64,000 nucleotides of DNA from the human T2T-CHM13v2.0 reference genome, Homo sapiens, in assembly GCF_009914755.1 (NCBI RefSeq), contig NC_060929.1; one strand, given 5' to 3'. This document shows, in pieces, positions 60,550 to 64,000 of this stretch (the stretch's first letter is position 1; every line of letters begins with the position of its first letter). Both the position numbers and the translations under genes were made by a program. The notes under the pieces are model-generated. The model was not told where the DNA came from and ran no database searches. It saw only the letters and a program-made list of their open reading frames with translations.

Positions 60550-61140
60550 GGCTGAGCAAGGGGATTGCTTCCTCTGCATTATCTACCTTGAGCCCTCCAG
60601 GCCCCATCGACTGTCCAGCGATCAATATGTTTGGTGGGGGAGGGAGGCCCCCGAGCGGGCCTGCACAGCTGAAGCCCCGGGTGGCCAGAGCACTTAAGAT
60701 GAGGACTGTATAATTAAGTGGAGGCCGGCTCTCTCCTGCGGCACTGGGCGTTATTAAGACGAGGAGCCCCTCTCATTACCCGGTCAAGAGCGCCGCGATT
60801 GGCTGCTGCGGTCAGGCCTCTGGTGGCCCCTTTGTCACCGCCCTGGAAAGAGTGCACTTTCTGTCGGAGCTGGCTTTGCCAAATGCTATCATTTTAAAAG
60901 CCATGAAAGAGAGGGAGCTGGGCCTAGGGGTATACACAGCCCCATATGCCGGCGACAGTGATACAAGTGTAATTCTAGACTATTAGAGTGACACATAAGA
61001 TCATTTCTGCCCCGGAACATGAGACAGCTGAGGGGATTATGCAGGACAGGCTGTCACGCAATGAAATTTTCAGAAATCTGTTAACCCCAGCTCAGACCCA
61101 GTGAATATTTTATTGCTTAACACTGAGAAAAAGTATATTT
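60550..61140. promoter_or_regulatory. Possible enhancer/promoter-like unique block
   Basis: Locally CpG-enriched. Reverse CCAAT box CGATTGGCTG (60796-60805), TAATTA, SOX-type CTTTGT, ATCAAT and TGTCA motifs. Confidence 0.35.
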
Positions 61141-62177
61141 ATTAACTATAGAAAGATCCAGCCCAGAGGCTGGGCAGATGAAAGGTGGGAGAAGCAGAAC
61201 CCACTTGACACCAGCAGGAAGGCTCGAAGCAAGGTGGTGCGTGGGGCAGGGACCCTAACCCATTCAGCCGGGCCTGGAGGCTCTCAGGATTAAATCCCAT
61301 GGGGAGGGCAGAGGGAGCCCGGACCGGCCTGCAGGAAACACTCGGGCTGGACCATTCCAAGACATTAGAGGAAGCCACATCACACGTATCTGGCAGTGGA
61401 AAAACCATACACCTCTGGCCAGGGAGGGAGGCAGATTTCAGGAGTAGATTTTGTCTGGTCGTATTTTCTTGGAAAAATGAAAATCCAGACTCTATGTTGG
61501 ACTCCAACTGTTTTTAATCCTAATAGAAAGGATAGTTTTTATTTTTGCAGGAAAATGGGAAACAAAGCATGACTTAGAATCACAGACTTTAAGAGGAGAA
61601 GGCTGCTGTCTGTGTGATACCCACATGAGATGCATCGTCAGTGCAGAAATATCTCAGTAAAAACACTTCAGACTCCTTCCCTGCAGGGTGATTTCGGAAA
61701 AGGCAAAGTGCTGGCAATCTAGGTTGCCAGGAGAAGTTGGGGAAGCATACTGGGGTCTCCCCACCGTGCAGCAAGGAGAGGGAAGGGAGCCTAGGTCTGC
61801 ATCCCTGTGGGCTCTCTTAGGCAAGCCGACTGCCCCGCACACCCTGTTCCCTCCCATCTTGGCCAGGGAAACTGAGTCAAGAAGAGACTAAGGCCCCTGA
61901 ACTTTCCAGAGGGCTTCAGAGACTTAGATAACCTCCTGTCCAGAAGTCCCCAAGGCTGGATCTGCAATTTCTTCTAGGACTGACAAAAACTAAACCATTT
62001 CTGGCAGGTTTGAATAAATTAACTCTTTTTTACCTAATAAATCTCCACATCAGTTCAACCCCCACCTTGTGCTAGTTACGGTGACTCTTTTTTTTTAATA
62101 AATAAACTTGAGACAAGACATACAGAGTTATAAAATACATGGCTTATCTAAAACAGTTCATTCCTAGCTTCCCCCCT

Positions 62178-62191
62178 ACACACACACACAC

Positions 62192-62228
<37 letters not shown>

Positions 62229-62232
62229 TCAC
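62178..62232. repeat. (CA)n microsatellite
   Basis: Read directly. Confidence 0.95.
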
Positions 62233-63269
62233 TCAGAAACAGCGATGAAAGTGGAGCCCGGCCCAGCTTTTCAGCAAATCGCTGAGATTACCGAGATAAC
62301 GTTTGCCCGACAATGTCACAGGGTCATGAAAAAAACCAACACAATATGCTTCTCCAAACCCACCTCATCTGAACGCCGGCTCGAGTGTAAGCAGAGCCCA
62401 GGGGGTGAGCGGGCAGAACAAAAGCAGCCCTCTGCTAATTGACTGAAAAATTAGCCCAGTTGCCCCATGGGAGGCACGGGAGGCTGCAGCAGATGGAGGC
62501 TGCTTGGGCGCCCGGCTCAGAAAGCCACTCGCAACCTGCTGGGGCTCTGCCGCAATTATGGGTCACAACACTCCTCTTGTTAAACAGACACCAGCAAGCC
62601 TGACCGAGGAATGGAAGGCCAGGAAGGTCACAGATGGCCTGTAAACCAGCGATTTCCCCTTCGGACCCGACACTGAACTTCCTGAAGGTGCCCATGTTTG
62701 TGCTTTGGGGGGGTTTGTTTGTTTTTGGTTTGGTTTAGTTTTTGTAGACTTAGCCTCTAGCCCAAACAGATGCTTTCCTGTGCACTCTTTGATTCTGGTG
62801 ATCTGAATTAATTTATGTTCCCACGCCTTCGTCCCCAGCTCTGGCTCTATGATCGCTGGGCGGCAGACGTGGTCATGCAGAGCTCATTATACATGTGTGG
62901 GGTGTGTGTGTGTTCACGCACACACAGGCAGGCACCACTCCAAGTACAACTTCAGCAACACCAGGCAGGATTATTTATTCCTCTAACAAGAAATAAAATC
63001 TGTAGCCACTGCAGGTTTTGTGGCTCAGAAAATGTTTTAATCACAGGTCTGCCCCTGAGGTCTCAGGATGCAAAGTGCATTTTGACTAATACTGACTGTA
63101 TCTGCTCCCAAAGCCTGCGAGTGGGAGATTCTTGAATATCTGACATTTTGAAACATCACATAAGCTGCAATTGATAAATAAATTATTGCCATCTGACACT
63201 AAATGGCCCGTGCCCCTTTGTCTCCTACCAGAAGAAATAAACATCTATTGCAATAAGGTAGGAATTTTA

Positions 63270-64000
63270 TTCCATCTACTAATTTGAAATTTTAAAAAAT
63301 ACAGGTGTGCTTTTGTCACATACTCCTTAGATAAAGAACTATGACTTCAGTTTTTCCTGATATTACTGTTTTCTGTTAAAATGTCCATTATACAATTATT
63401 AATTCATATATCATATCTCACTTTACACAAATATCTTCATTTTTGTCCTAAGTTGAGCTTCTATAAGAGGCACTTCACTGGTGTACCCTTAAATTCCATC
63501 ATTACAGCAATTCTAGAAAAAAAAAAGTGAGAGAAAATCATCCATAATCCTCTTGTTAAACAGACACCAGCAAGACCGACCGAGGAAGGAAAGACTGGGA
63601 GGGTCACAAAGGGCCTGTAAACCAGTCATTTCTCCTTCAGACAAAAGGAACTTACCTTTTATCACTTTGTCTATTTCTTTTATTCACATGAACATTTTAC
63701 ATAAGATTAAATATAACACATAATGTTCAGTGTGATTCATTTTACTTATTATTATGTGTTTTATCACGTTGGCACGATCTGTTATTATTTTACTATCCCA
63801 GCAAGTGGCATTGTCATCATTTGCCTATTTCTCTGTTACTTGTCGTTTTGTCTCTTTTTCCTTAGTTTTCATGTTTAAACTATGGTGAGTAAGATTGGCC
63901 TTTGTGCGCTACAGTGGCGTGCATATGTGCAGATGGGTACCAGCATCACCACAACCACGACACGGAACAGTCCATCACATCACAGGAACTTCCTTGTGCT
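63270..64000 (-). mobile_element. Degraded antisense L1M fragments
   Basis: T-rich relic sequence with antisense L1M 3'UTR-like motifs (catcaccacaacc...gaacagtccatcac...aacttccttgtgct). Confidence 0.4.
63548..63642 (+). repeat. 95-bp dispersed direct duplicate of 62572-62666
   Basis: Gap-free alignment. First 27 bp identical, about 14 mismatches in total. Confidence 0.92.

Noticed and set aside
59834-60713. Ser/Leu/Pro-rich ORFs of about 285 aa
   Set aside because: Translations of the CT-rich tract.

Overview
This is primate, almost certainly human or great-ape, non-coding DNA: it carries AluY/S/J, L1PA2-L1PA8, THE1B, MST/MLT1 and MER20 elements. It is probably an intron or gene desert. I cannot support any host protein-coding gene or name the locus. 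The main feature is a full-length L1PA3-type LINE-1 (10301-16349, 15-bp TSD). Its ORF1 is dead, but its 1275-aa ORF2 is uninterrupted and carries an N14S change at the endonuclease active site. Its 5'UTR keeps the ~129-bp ZNF93 target and has a ~108-bp deletion that is in-frame in ORF0. Other notable structures: an L1 with both a twin-priming inversion and a 3' transduction (47956-48639), a second inverted L1 missing ~2 kb, three short local duplications that look like templated insertions, a fold-back rearrangement inside an Alu, and a 36-bp-arm pre-miRNA-like hairpin in unique sequence (26819-26911). There is also a 1.3-kb (ATG/GTG)n array, a CpG-rich 38-bp VNTR, a possible decayed ~1-kb exon on the minus strand (3556-4569), and several enhancer-like blocks. 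I found no convincing new multi-gene system. The hairpin, the candidate fossil exon, the ORF2-intact L1 and the templated insertions are the best leads. Subfamily calls come from recalled consensus sequences, not from a database search, and boundaries of old elements are approximate.
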